64,000 nucleotides of DNA from Amphiscolops sp. MND2022 (lineage: Eukaryota). The stretch covers positions 59,830,001 to 59,894,000 of the forward strand of contig OZ076413.1 in assembly GCA_964187785.1 (NCBI GenBank), given 5' to 3'. Made by a program: the position numbers and the translations under genes. Shown piece after piece: positions 36,201-48,194 of this stretch (the first letter of the stretch is position 1; the number at the start of each line of letters is the position of its first letter). The notes under the pieces are model-generated. The model had not been told where the DNA came from and made no database searches. It saw only the letters and a program-made list of their open reading frames with translations.

Positions 36201-39200
36201 ATCCATCATTTTACCCACACAGTACTTCAGTCGAATTATACATCACTGAGCGGAAAAAAGTGACATACACGCGTAACTCTACAGATTTTCAAGGTTCTCG
36301 CCATATTTGTGCGATATCTATTTCAACTGTCATGCAACGTAATTTTTATCAGTTATAAATAGAATTACGACTTATAACGCAATTGTTTTCATATATATTG
36401 GGAACCATGACACCCACAAAAACGGATGCCATCCCAGATAGATACTCTTTTCCAAGATACATGAGTGCAGAAAACAATCATTCTTTTGTATAACTTTCAC
36501 CAGAGGCAGTTGCATTAACCTCTAACCCAATCTTTGGGAAAGCTGTCTTTTTAATCACCTTTTGTTGCACTTTTCAAATCGTTTCGATGAAGTCTCTTGA
36601 ATAAATTCAAACCCTTTCCCAACAATCACAAAACATTTTCACTTGAGCAAGATGGGAAATAGAAGAAACAGGAGGTCAGGGGTTAGAAACACCATCTCCT
36701 GCCAGGGAATTGAGCGAAGCACAGGTAGAAACACCAAATCAAGGTATTGAAACTTTGACTAATTATAATACCGTTCATCAACAAACTTTGGCTCTTGACG
36801 AAATACGGCCTCAACTAACAGAACCCTGTCAAAAGTGTAAAGAGATGCAAATGTGGACTGAAATATTTGAACAGTACAATAATTATAGAATAATGAAGAT
36901 GAGGGAAGGGAAGGAAAACAAGTTTGAAGCAATTTTGAAAGAAATAATAACAACTGAAAGTGCATCAACGACAACAAATCCTAGATCTGAAATAAACAGG
37001 ACTCAGAACAACCAACCTTCGGGATCCAAAAATGTTCAGTCTACTGGAGTTCACTCATCTAACGTTGAAATTTCAGACACAGAAGTTGAAGATCACCCAC
37101 TTAGAGCTTCTGATTTGAGGGAATTAAGGAATCCTGCTAGACCACCAAAACGTACAAAACTTAGATGAAACAATAATTTCAAAGGAAGCTTCTGAGGAAA
37201 AGGATTATCACATAGTGAAAGGAGCCAACCGACAACTCCATAAACAGAACTCACAACATCCTCAGTCTCTAAATGATACCAAGGAATCGCACTCAGACCA
37301 AAAAACGTCAACATTGACAAAAAACCCCTTGACCGAGTTATCCAAATTGCACTAGCAGTAGAAAAATTGGCAAACAGAAACTCTCAACAATCACTCTTCC
37401 ACCCAAGAAATGCACTAACTTTCAACGGGAAAAAATGAGAAAAAGGAGAAATTTGAACACTTCGAAGAACTATTTCATACAACGCTTCAAATGCAACCGA
37501 ACCTAAGTGAGAAGATGTAAATTAACCATTTTCACGGACATCTCAGGGTTTTGGCTCTAAAAACATTCCAGAACAAACAAAGAACTCCAACTAGAGCTTT
37601 AGAAGACCTTTTGAAAGTCTTTCGTAGAAAATTTGCTAAGCAGGAAGCCAGTCCATCAGCAAAGCGCAGATTCAACAGACTCTTCTTTGACCCTGGAAAC
37701 CCAAAACTCCCGGACTTTTTCAAAAACTGTAGTTAGGATATACCCTTTTTTGGTCACATCCCGAATTGATGAGTCATTTTGCTAGATTTAGATTGTTTCA
37801 ATGAATGGAAGTTTGATCACCGCTTGATACGAGAATTTTGAACCATTGATTATACGTCAGTATGCGAAAAATTTAGAGACGTACGTGCTTGATTGCGCTG
37901 ATTTTAATATTTAATAATGCGGTATAATGCGGAAAATTTCAGACGCATATACAGCAAAATGCGGAACATTGTTGTCGCATCTGCTGCTATATGCCGAAAT
38001 CCATCATTTTACCCACACAGTTTTTCAGTCGAATTATACATCACTGAGCGGAAAAAAGTGACATATACGCGTAACTCTACAGATTTTCAAGGTTCTCGCC
38101 ATATTTGTGCGATATCTATTTCAACTGTCATGCAACGTAATTTTTATCAGTTATAAATAGAATTACGACTTATGACGCAATTGTTTTCATATATTTTGGG
38201 AACCATGACACCCACAAAAACGGATGCCATCCCAGATAGATACTCTTTTCCAAGATACGTGAATGCAGAAAACAATCATTCTTTTGTAAAACTTTCACCA
38301 GAGGCAGTTGCATAAACCTCTAACCCAATCTTTGGGAAACCGGTCTTTTTAATCACCTTTTGTTGCACTTTTCAAATCGTTTCGATGAAGTCTCTTGAAT
38401 AAATTCAAACCCTTTCCCGACAATCACAAAACATTTTCACATTTTCACTTGAGCAAGATGGGAAATAGAAGAAACAGGAGGTCAGGAGGTTAGAAACACC
38501 ATCTCCTGCAAGGGAATTGAGCGAAGCACAGGAAGAAACACCAAATCAAGGTATTGAAATTTTGACTATTGTTACTACCGTTCATCAAGAAACTTTGGCT
38601 CTTGACGAAATACGGCCTCAACTAACAGAACCCTGTCAAATGAGTGAAGAGATGCAAATGTGGACTGAATTATTTGAACAAAACAATAAATATAGTCTAA
38701 TGAAGATAAGGGAAGGGAAGGAAAAAGTTTGAAGCAATTTTGAAAAAAATAATAACAACTGAAAGTGCATCAACGACAACAAATCCTAGATCTGAAATAA
38801 ACGGAACTCAGAACATCCAACCTTCGGGATCCAAAAATGTTCAGTCTACTGGAGTTCACTCATCTAACGTTGAAATTTCAGACACAGAAGTTGAAGATCA
38901 CCCACTTAGAGCTTCTGATTTGAGGGAATTAAGGAATCCTGCTAGACCACCAAAACGTACAAAACTTAGATGAAACAAAAATTTCAAATGAAGACTCTGA
39001 GTAAGAGGATTATCACATAGTGAAAGGAGCCAACCGACAACTCCATAAACAGAACTCACAACATCCTCAGTCTCTAAATGATACCAAGGAATCGCACTCA
39101 GACCAAACAACGTCAACATTGACAGAAAAAGCTCTTGACAGAGTTTTCTAAACTGCATTAGCAGAAGAAAAACTGGCAAACAAAAACTCTCAACAATCAC

Positions 39201-40029
39201 TCTTCCATACAAGAAATGCACTAACTTTCAACGGGAAAAAATGAGAAAAAGGAGAAATTTGAACACTTCGAAGACCTTATTCATACAACGCTTCAAATGC
39301 AGCCGAACCTAACTGAGAAGATGAAAATTAACCATTTTCACGGACATCTCAGGGTTTTGGCTCTGAAAACATTCAAGAACAAACAAAGAACTCCTACTAG
39401 AGCTTTAGAAGACATTTTGAAAGTCTTTCGTAGAAACTCTGTTAAGCAGGAAGCCAGTGCATCAGCAAAGCGCAGATTCAACAGACACTTCTTTGACCCT
39501 GAAAACCAAAACCTCCCGGACTTTTTCCAAAACTGTAGTTCGGATATACCCTTTTTTGGTCACATCCCGAATTGATGAGTCATTTTGCTAGATTTAGATT
39601 GTTTCAATGAAAGGAATTTTGATCACTGCTTGATACGAGAATTTTGAACCATTGATCAAACGTCAGTATGCGAAAAATTTAGAAAATGTACGTGCTTCAT
39701 TGCGCTGATTTTAATTTTTAATAATGCGGTATAATGCGGGAAATTTCAGACGCATATGCAGGAAAATGCGGAAAATTGTTGTCGCATCTGCTACAATATG
39801 CCGTCATCCATCATTTTACCCGCACAGTACTATAGTCGAATTATACATCACTGAGCGGAAAAATAGTGACATATATGCGTAAACCTACGGATTTCTAAGG
39901 TTCTTGCCATATATGTGAGATATCTATTTTCACTGTCATGCAACGTAATTTTTATCAGGTATAAGTAGAGTTACAACTTATGACGCAATTTTTTCCATGT
40001 ACTTAGGGAACCATGACACCCACAAAAAC

Positions 40030-40760
40030 ACTCTCTCATTCAACACGCTCTTCTTCTACCATGAAAACCAAAAACTTCCGCACTTTCTGAAGGAACGTTA
40101 AAAAAGTGCGGAAACACCCATTTGGCTACAACGCGCACCAAACGATAGAGAATTAACCCTGAGCGAAAATGCCTCCCCACCTCGAACAAATCCATCAACC
40201 GAGCTTACCTCGAGAATGGAACATACGAGCAGATCGTAAAACATCTTGAGAGGGAAATGGAGCTAAATGGTTTGGTGGCAGACGAACCCTTGGTCAAACC
40301 CTAAATTACCGAAACGAACAAAAGAACAACTTGTCGAAAAAATCAAAACAAACGAAAATCTAAAACAGAGACTCCAAAACAGTACCCAACAAAACCCTCA
40401 AAAATGACCAGTGCCGTTAATACAAGGACTCAAGTCACACTATGGCTGACTGCCCTAAGCTAGCTAAACGGCGCAAACTCGAAGAAGATCCAAACGCAGA
40501 AAAAAGTCAAAACTGCGACGCACCTGGTCATGAAGAGACAAACTTCAGAGCGAACATTGAAAACCGCCCACCGAACTGGAACGTCACAGAAGCTCCAAAG
40601 ACGGTAATCGAAGCCTTTAAACAAGCTCGAAAACAAAAAATTTACGATGAAAACAACAACCTTCTTCGAAGGATTCAAACTAAAAACGCCACGCCTTACT
40701 CAACCGAACGCCCAAACAACAAATACAAAACCACAAAACGACTGGCAGCGTCAACTTGAA
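40030..40760 (+). pseudogene. gag: Ty3/gypsy gag C-terminal part with two degenerate zinc knuckles
   Basis: KMPPHL..SINRAYLENGTYEQIVKHLEREMELNGLVADEP (frameshifted). Knuckle remnants are CR*YKDSSHTMADCPK and SQNCDAPGHEETN. Confidence 0.8.
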
Positions 40761-40891
40761 ACACTAAACATACAACTCAAACAAATGACGACGAACCAGA
40801 CTTAACAACCCAACAACCTACAAACTTTGACCACAACGACTTTCCACAAGAGTCATACTACGAAATTTTGAGAGATGCACCTGATAAATTT

Positions 40892-41374
40892 TTAGTAGGC
40901 GTTATCGAAGAAAAAGCACGACTCTTACTGTGGCTAGTTTGTTTTGTCATTTTAACGCGATCGGTCCATTCTTTTTGTTTATTTGTTCAAATTCTTGGCC
41001 GAGAGTTTATACCGGATGTTCTAGGGTCTGAGAAGCAGGAGAGCTCGGGTTCGAGTCCTGCACTAAGCCACAAACTTTTTATGCTTCCAAAAGTAGAGGG
41101 GAGATGAAAGGGTCCCCGATTGCGTTTTTCGGCACTATGCGACATTTTTCCGAAACTTTTTGAAATCTATCAAAAGGCACCCCCTTGAATTTTTCGAAGT
41201 TTTCTGTTGGTAAAAAAAAACGTTTAATAAGCCTAAAGGGTCTCCTTTTGCGTTTTGCGGCTTTTTGACCAAATACTTTTTTTCGAAAAATAAATTTTTT
41301 TCCAAGTTTTCCCAATTGTTGTTCCTTGAATCTTTTCGAGCCCTAAGTATAATGCCAACTTGGGCCGTGTCCTG
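40892..41374 (+). mobile_element. Helentron-like non-autonomous element, full length, inserted in the gypsy gag-pol
   Basis: 5' TTAGTAGGCG...ACGACT hairpin, and degenerate 3' subTIR ATGCCAACT then GGGCCGTGTCCTG. It splits the host reading ...GAT AAA TTT|TT TCA GAC ATC (DKFFSDI) inside a T-run with no evident TSD. Confidence 0.7.
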
Positions 41375-41585
41375 TTTTTTTTTCAGACATCACCCAAACT
41401 ACTTCTTCACATACAGACAATACACCAGAAATTCACCACACGAACCTTTGCTTACAATGAACAAAAACAACCCCTTTAAGCTGAAAACATCTCTAAAGGC
41501 AAACAATTTAACAAGAAACTGAACCTGTCATACATACCAATCTCAACTTCTGTAACGTTGAAACGGAAACGCCCCATGTACTATA

Positions 41586-41900
41586 TGCCAATAGATTTAG
41601 AAAAAACTTACTCTTGACGATCTCATAGATACAGCAGCACTGACAAGTGCAATCGCCGAACAGGACCTTAACAAAATCAAATGGCTTGCCAATGAAGCAA
41701 TGAAAGAATCTGGACCACCGCCAAAGATTCAAATTACCGTAGCTAAAGGTCAACTAGAAGTACCAATTGGTACAGTACTACTCAAATTCGAAGTAGCTGA
41801 TTTCATGTTACGAGAAAACTTCATCATCATGAAAAACATTCCAAATCCCTCATTGGTCTCTGCTTCTTTCGCAGGAACAATGCTATTTCCGATTTAACCC
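41586..41900 (+). pseudogene. pol: Ty3/gypsy aspartic protease (first copy; second copy at ~43341-43655)
   Basis: LIDTAALTSAI (the catalytic DTG reads DTA at 41628-41636), IQITVAKGQLEVPIGTVLLKFEV and FIIMKNIPNP-LIGLCF. Confidence 0.8.
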
Positions 41901-42399
41901 CCCCAAGGCATCTCAATGTCCTCATATCTTTCAATGCAAATTAAAACCAGACATACAAGTAACACTACATCAAGCAGAATGAACCAACTGTTCGATCATG
42001 ATGCAACAGGAATATTCACATCCTCATCACAATTCGAACACCACGATAGCTTTTTCATTACATTGCCACTCAGTACAGTCAACAATAATGCAATCGGGTA
42101 TCATACATTCAACTTCGCTGAACTTCCATACACAATCACAATTGAGACCCACCTAGCGGATTTCAAGATTTTGACTACATAAGATCTACATAAATGAACT
42201 TTTGTGCTGCAACAAAACCCTGAACAAGAATCCTATTTGTTCCCAACACCGGAACACCAGGGGATCCTACAACGTACACATAAATTCAACAACGAATGTA
42301 CAATGAACTCCTTGAATTGAAAGGGACAATTAAAGCACAAGACGACGAAACATCAAGAAAGTCATTTCTTTCAACTTTCGACTGGTCTGACACAAACCT

Positions 42400-43333
42400 A
42401 AGGCCAGAAGAACAACAACAAATCGATGAAATCCTCATTTAATAACACGATATTTTGCCAGACATCAATTTGATATCAACACCAACCGTAAATGTAAGTC
42501 CAATATGACCCCTGGCGAAGACAGACCAGCTTTTAGCTAAGGTCTGCCAACTCAACATAACCTCAAAGACAACATTACGATAGAACTGCACTTCTACACA
42601 GTACGGAATGTGCAAATATTGGAACTGTTTTCCAATGCACCCGAATTGGAGGTCTGAAACTCACAATGTCCACATGCCATTTCGGTGTCAAACAAGTTGA
42701 CTTTCTGGTCCGCATAATTAAACAAGATGGCGTTGCTCCGCAAGACGACAAAGCCAAGCACTGCGTGTCAAAACTACGATTCACCAAATCCAAAAATGTA
42801 TTCACAATAAATAGAATAGTTAAACTGTTACCGCAACTAAATTCCAAGTCACTCTGAACAGCTATCCCCTTTTTCAAACTCCTAAAGAAAACTTTCAAAT
42901 TCTGCGTACCCACAAATCTGGTAGACGACTTCACCAATCCGAACAAACTCCTCGATAACTCATGCCAATCATCTCTCAGACAACCTCTCAGAGACAAAAA
43001 CTCATAGTCATGTCCACCGCAAGCTTCACAGCAGCAAGATATGCCATCATAAGAGAAGATGACACCCACAGCGTTTGGATCTAAATTCTTTGACCCAACA
43101 CAAACGAAAATGTCTATTTACGCGAAAGAATGTCTATCCATATACTTGGCATTTGTTGAATTTGGTGTGGAGAAGTACCTTTCCAGTTATCGTGTTCACC
43201 GACGATATATCAGTAACACGTTTTGTCCAACAAAGCTCATTTCTCCGGCACTCTGGAATGCAAGCTATTATATCTTACAATACAATTTTGTAATCGCCCA
43301 TATGGCTGAATTGATGAATACTGCAGCTGATTT
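42400..43333 (+). pseudogene. pol: Ty3/gypsy RT and RNase H remnants with large internal deletions (second copy at ~44160-45095)
   Basis: GLKLTMSTCHFGVKQVDFL (RT C-terminal motifs), AFGSK, MSIYAKECLSIY, VIVFTDD and MNTAADFLSR (RNase H; the final FLSR is intact only in copy 2). The RT core with YxDD is absent. Confidence 0.8.
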
Positions 43334-45589
43334 AGAATACTGCCAATAGATTTAGAAAAAACTTACTCTTGACGATCTCATAGATACAGCAGCACTGACA
43401 AGTGCAATCGCCGAACAGGACCTTAACAAAATCAAATGGCTTGCCAATGAAGCAATGAAAGAATCTGGACCACCGCCAAAGATTCAAATTACCGTAGCTA
43501 AAGGTCAACTAGAAGTACCAATTGGTACAACACTACTCAAATTCGAAGTAGCTGATTTCATGTTACGAGAAAACTTCATCATCATGAAAAACATTCCAAA
43601 TCCCTCATTGGTCTCTGCTTCTTTCGCAGGAACAATGCTATTTCCGATTTAACCCCCCCCCCCCCAAGGCATCTCAATGTCCTCATATCTTTCAATGCAA
43701 ATTAAAACCAGACATACAAGTAACACTACATCAAGCAGAATGAACCAACTGTTCGATCATGATGCAACAGGAATATTCACATCCTCATCACAATTCGAAC
43801 ACCACGATAGCTTTTTCATTACATTGCCACTCAGTACAGTCAACAATAATGCAATCGGGTATCATACATTCAACTTCGCTGAACTTCCATACACAATCAC
43901 AATTGAGACCCACCTAGCGGATTTCAAGATTTTGACTACATAAGATCTACATAAATGAACTTTTGTGCTGCAACAAAACCCTGAACAAGAATCCTATTTG
44001 TTCCCAACACCGGAACACCAGGGGATCCTACAACGTACACATAAATTCAACAACGAATGTACAATGAACTCCTTGAATTGAAAGGGACAATTAAAGCACA
44101 AGACGACGAAACATCAAGAAAGTCATTTCTTTCAACTTTCGACTGGTCTGACACAAACCTAAGGCCAGAAGAACAACAACAAATCGATGAAATCCTCATT
44201 TAATATCACGATATTTTGCCAGACATCAATTTGATATCAACACCAACCGTAAATGTAAGTCCAATATGACCCCTGGCGAAGACAGACCAGCTTTTAGCTA
44301 AGGTCTGCCAACTCAACATAACCTCAAAGACAACATTACGATAGAACTGCACTTCTACACAGTACGGAATGTGCAAATATTGGAACTGTTTTCCAATGCA
44401 TCCGAATTGGAGGTCTGAAACTCACAATGTCCACATGCCATTTCGGTGTCAAACAAGTTGACTTTCTGGTCCGCATAATTAAACAAGATGGCGTTGCTCC
44501 GCAAGACGACAAAGCCAAGCACTGCGTGTCAAAACTACGATTCACCAAATCCAAAAATGTATTCACAATAAATAGAATACTTAAACTGTTACCGCAACTA
44601 AATTCCAAGTCACTCTGAACAGCTATCCCCTTTTTCAAACTCCTAAAGAAAACTTTCAAATTCTGCGTACCCACAAATCTGGTAGACGACTTCACCAATC
44701 CGAACAAACTCCTCGATAACTCATGCCAATCATCTCTCAGACAACCTCTCAGAGACAAACAACTCATAGTCATGTCCACCGCAAGCTTCACAGCAGCAAG
44801 ATATGCCATCATAAGAGAAGATGACACCCACAGCGTTTGGATCTAAATTCTTCGACCCAACACAAACGAAAATGTCTATTTACGCGAAAGAATGTCTATC
44901 CATATACTTGGCATTTGTTGAATTTGGTGTGGAGAAGTACCTTTCCAGTTATCGTGTTCACCGACGATATATCAGTAACACGTTTTGTCCAACAAAGCTC
45001 ATTTCTCCGGCACTCTGGAATGCAAGCTATTATATCTTACAATACAATTTTGTAATCGCCCATATGGCTGAATTGATGAATACTGCAGCTGATTTTCTAT
45101 CAAGAACGGAAATCAGCACAACCGAGCAACTCGAAATGAGCATACGAAATGACATCCAAACAAAAGACATCGAAGTCAACAAACAAACATCAGCAATCGT
45201 AGAAGAAGAACGATTCTACATCCTGCCTAATGATGAGTTTGGTGAAAAACAACTTTGGGAAGAGAAACATAATGGGACAAATCAAGCTCAGAACGAAACA
45301 TACAATGAACCAGAGAACGATATTACGGAACTCCAACAATTCCACCAACCCACATCTGGCTTGAACACCTGTACCGAGGGACACTTCCGTGACAAGGCCA
45401 GAATTAGACTTGAACAGAATAGACATCGTCCTCAGAATTGTACGAGCTGAAACAGAGGGACACCCTTTCAATGAAAACGAACTGACTATCGATACCAACA
45501 TTACCTACAAAACATCACTCGAATCGGAACTAAGCAAGAAGTTTAAACATGAATACGGACACGGGAACCACTTCGCTTTACCATAATTT

Positions 45590-46400
45590 TTTACTAGTAC
45601 AAAATCCTAGAAGAACTTCTCCAAGCCTTACATGGTCACAACTCGAACCATCCAGGGAACACCAAGAAGATACAGGAAGTTAGGCAGATGTACTACTGCC
45701 CATGTATCGCTAAAAAAATCAAAAACTGGGTCAGTAAATGTCAAACATGCATACAAACAAAAAAGAATTAACAACGATATCCTCAGGACAGAACTGCTCA
45801 AATGCCCCGAATGGGTTATAGGTCCTGAAGACATTCTACAAATGGACGTCTGCCCCCATCGCCCACCCATCGTCGGGTATGAGAACATAATAACAGCATG
45901 CGATACTTTTTCGCGATATCTGTTCGCTTACCCGGTGGCCGGTATCACTGCAACAGCTGTGCCCCGAGTAATATTGGACATCTTATACAAGCATACAGAC
46001 CTTCCAACAACAATCAATTTGGATCTTGGGACACAAATCAATGCCCAAGTAACACATGGAATTACAGCAATCCTAGGATTTAAGCTTAAAAACGCAACAC
46101 TGAAACACGCTCAAAGAATAGGAATCCTGGAAAGAACCCATGTTTAAGTAAAATCACACCTCAAAGCTTCAACTGGAGAATTCCGACATAATTGGCATAA
46201 ACATCACCCGTTGGCAGTACTATATCACATCACAACTTGTCATGCATCACTTGGTTGCGAACACTCACGAGTCTTTCATGGGCTCATATTGCACAATATA
46301 CTGGATGATAAGTTAATATACAACCCTATCCCGAAATATTAACCACAAACCGATGTTGCAGAAGAAATACAAAGATAAATAAAAAAAACTTTTGAACCAA
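45590..46400 (+). pseudogene. pol: Ty3/gypsy integrase
   Basis: Zinc-binding domain LHGHNSNHPG...WVSKCQTC. Catalytic core ILQMDV...INLDLG...ILERTH retains D,D,E in ORF 45632-46147, which is frameshifted from the zinc-binding domain. Confidence 0.9.
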
Positions 46401-47749
46401 ACGAAAAAGAACATAATGGAATCCTATCTTACATACAAAGCCTATTAACATAGGAAAACAAAAGCATGTACGCTAGAAACAACGGACTACTGGTATATCT
46501 TAAAATCGAAAGCAGATACACCAGCAACGAAAGTACCAGCTCGGGAATTTAGATAGCAGATCCTTATAAAGTGGATAACATCCTTCCTTACAACAAATAA
46601 ATAGTTAGAAGTCAGGGAACTAACAAAACACAACTTTTGCACCAAATTCGTCTGCGGAAATTGACACCGCAAGCAACATTAGCTGATATCTTTGTACCAA
46701 AACCAGATTGGCAAAAAGATAACCAAATACCAGTAGCGCATGATGATCTTTATGCCCAATTATCAAATACAAGTTTTGGCCCAAACCAATTCGAGGACAA
46801 CACTCCAGATTAAACACAAAATACTGATGACATTGAATACATATCAATAGAAGTACCCGCAATTTTCAACAACCCCCCCTTCATTGAAGTGGGGTACCTG
46901 GCAAGGCCTTCTAAAATTCGGGAAATGATGGGCGAACCCTCGGGATTGCATGGGCGAAAATTACTGTCCATAACTGAAAATCTCGGAAACGCATGGGCGA
47001 AATCAACTACTGGTTGAACATAATTTGTCCATCAGTTTCTCACTAAGTGTGATTAATTTGATAGAAATCTTGAATGTATATCACAAAATGTCTGAATTAT
47101 GCCCATGCAACTGACGAGAAGTATTTGCCGAAAATCAGAAGTTTAATAAACCATTCACAGTAACTTTTTATCCCGAAGTCATTTTGAACAAGGATTACCA
47201 TGCTTTCCTCTTTTCCATCTATCTATCCTTTATCCAACGATATTCTATAATGGCTGATATGGTGAATAGTCGAAATTTTCTTAATAGTTTTGTTATCTAA
47301 TTATCACTTTTTGATTAGCAAAATTCTCATAAGGGAATGAAATTGTTTTTGTAGTAATTTTACAATTATCAAACAAATTTTATTGTTTTGATTGAAAAAA
47401 TTTGAACTCATTTTTAATATGAATATTGCAAATGTTCATAGAAGAACATCATATGATCTTTCTGGCTAGTCTTTTTAAATAATTTAAAAAGATATTCCTC
47501 ATTACTTTTCGTTTGACTCAAATCTTTAAAAACGATGGCTTCGATTCATTATGTGGCATTATGTTGAAAATTATTACTGTGTCGCTCTACTGTTCTTTTG
47601 CCCTAAATCAAAAGCAAAATGATTCACATGAGACTGATTTAATAAACTAATATCAAAAAAAAAGAAAATACAACACAAAAATTTTGGCATTGGATATAAA
47701 TGATTAATTAAACTGAAAATAAAACTGATGTCTGCAATTAATGGCTGGG

Positions 47750-48194
47750 ATACTATCCCAGTCTGCATTTGCCTGAAACTTTTCTCAGTCAGAATCTATT
47801 TGGACTTTGACTTGGTGTCCAGAGCTCATCAAAATAAATTCTTGGAAATTTAGTCAACCAGGCAAAAGTCTTGATTCGTCATTGCTCGTTTGGATTGAGA
47901 TATCCTGACCTAACGTTTCAGCGCTGACACGTAATGAAAAGCTCTATTCACAGGTGAACAAGCTGCGGACAAGTCCAAAACTTTCTGCTTCATACAGTTT
48001 GCTTCTGTCAACTTTAGGTTTACCGCTGGGTAAGAGACGGAGTAGCATCTGTCGTCTTCATCGACCAGTGTTGCCATGGCCTTTTTCATCTCCACGTCGA
48101 ACCATGTTTTCTCCAATTTCAAAGTGAAGACCGTGCGCCTGATGGTAATCGTAACGTGGTCACTTAATAACAGAACAGAACCAATTAACTTCAT
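47750..48194 (-). pseudogene. Unknown ORF relic
   Basis: 94-aa open frame MKLIGSVLLLSDHVTITIRR...YSVSYPAVNLKLTE, continuing in a shifted frame after the stop. Confidence 0.4.

Larger units (their letters stand above)
15380..40029 (+). repeat. Tandem array (satellite) of ~1.79 kb LTR+gag-5' units: 13 near-complete units plus 2 partial
   Basis: Anchor GGTCACA at 15434, 17254, 19046, 20837, 21701, 23492, 25277, 27067, 28779, 30571, 32366, 34156, 35955, 37752 and 39558. The ORF track repeats with the same period. Each unit encodes broken Gag (MGNRRNRR...EEDYH-IVKG...TFNGK...MQPNLTEEMKINHFH...VFRRK). Confidence 0.97.
41586..45095 (+). repeat. Tandem duplication of the PR-RT-RH segment (41586-43333 and 43341-45095)
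   Basis: ORF pairs are offset by 1755-1761. The copies differ by a few substitutions and by a C-run of 7 versus 13. A 7-nt filler AGAATAC lies at 43334-43340. Confidence 0.95.
15380..46860 (+). mobile_element. Ty3/gypsy LTR retrotransposon locus, internally amplified and degraded; no 3' LTR seen
   Basis: The 5' LTR is followed by the LTR-gag array, the gag C-terminus with two zinc knuckles, then PR, RT, RNase H and integrase in gypsy order. The array and the downstream gag-pol may derive from two related copies. Confidence 0.8.

Noticed and set aside
15380-40029. Array as CRISPR-like or rDNA-like repeat
   Set aside because: There is no repeat-spacer alternation and no rRNA motifs; the units are LTR/gag sequence.
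46880-47010. ATGGGCGAA x3 as subterminal repeats of a DNA transposon end
   Set aside because: No partner end or TSD was identified, so it cannot be supported as a feature.
46860-47700. 3' LTR of the gypsy element
   Set aside because: There is no similarity to 15380-16719 and no polypurine tract followed by TGTGAT; the element appears truncated by other sequence.
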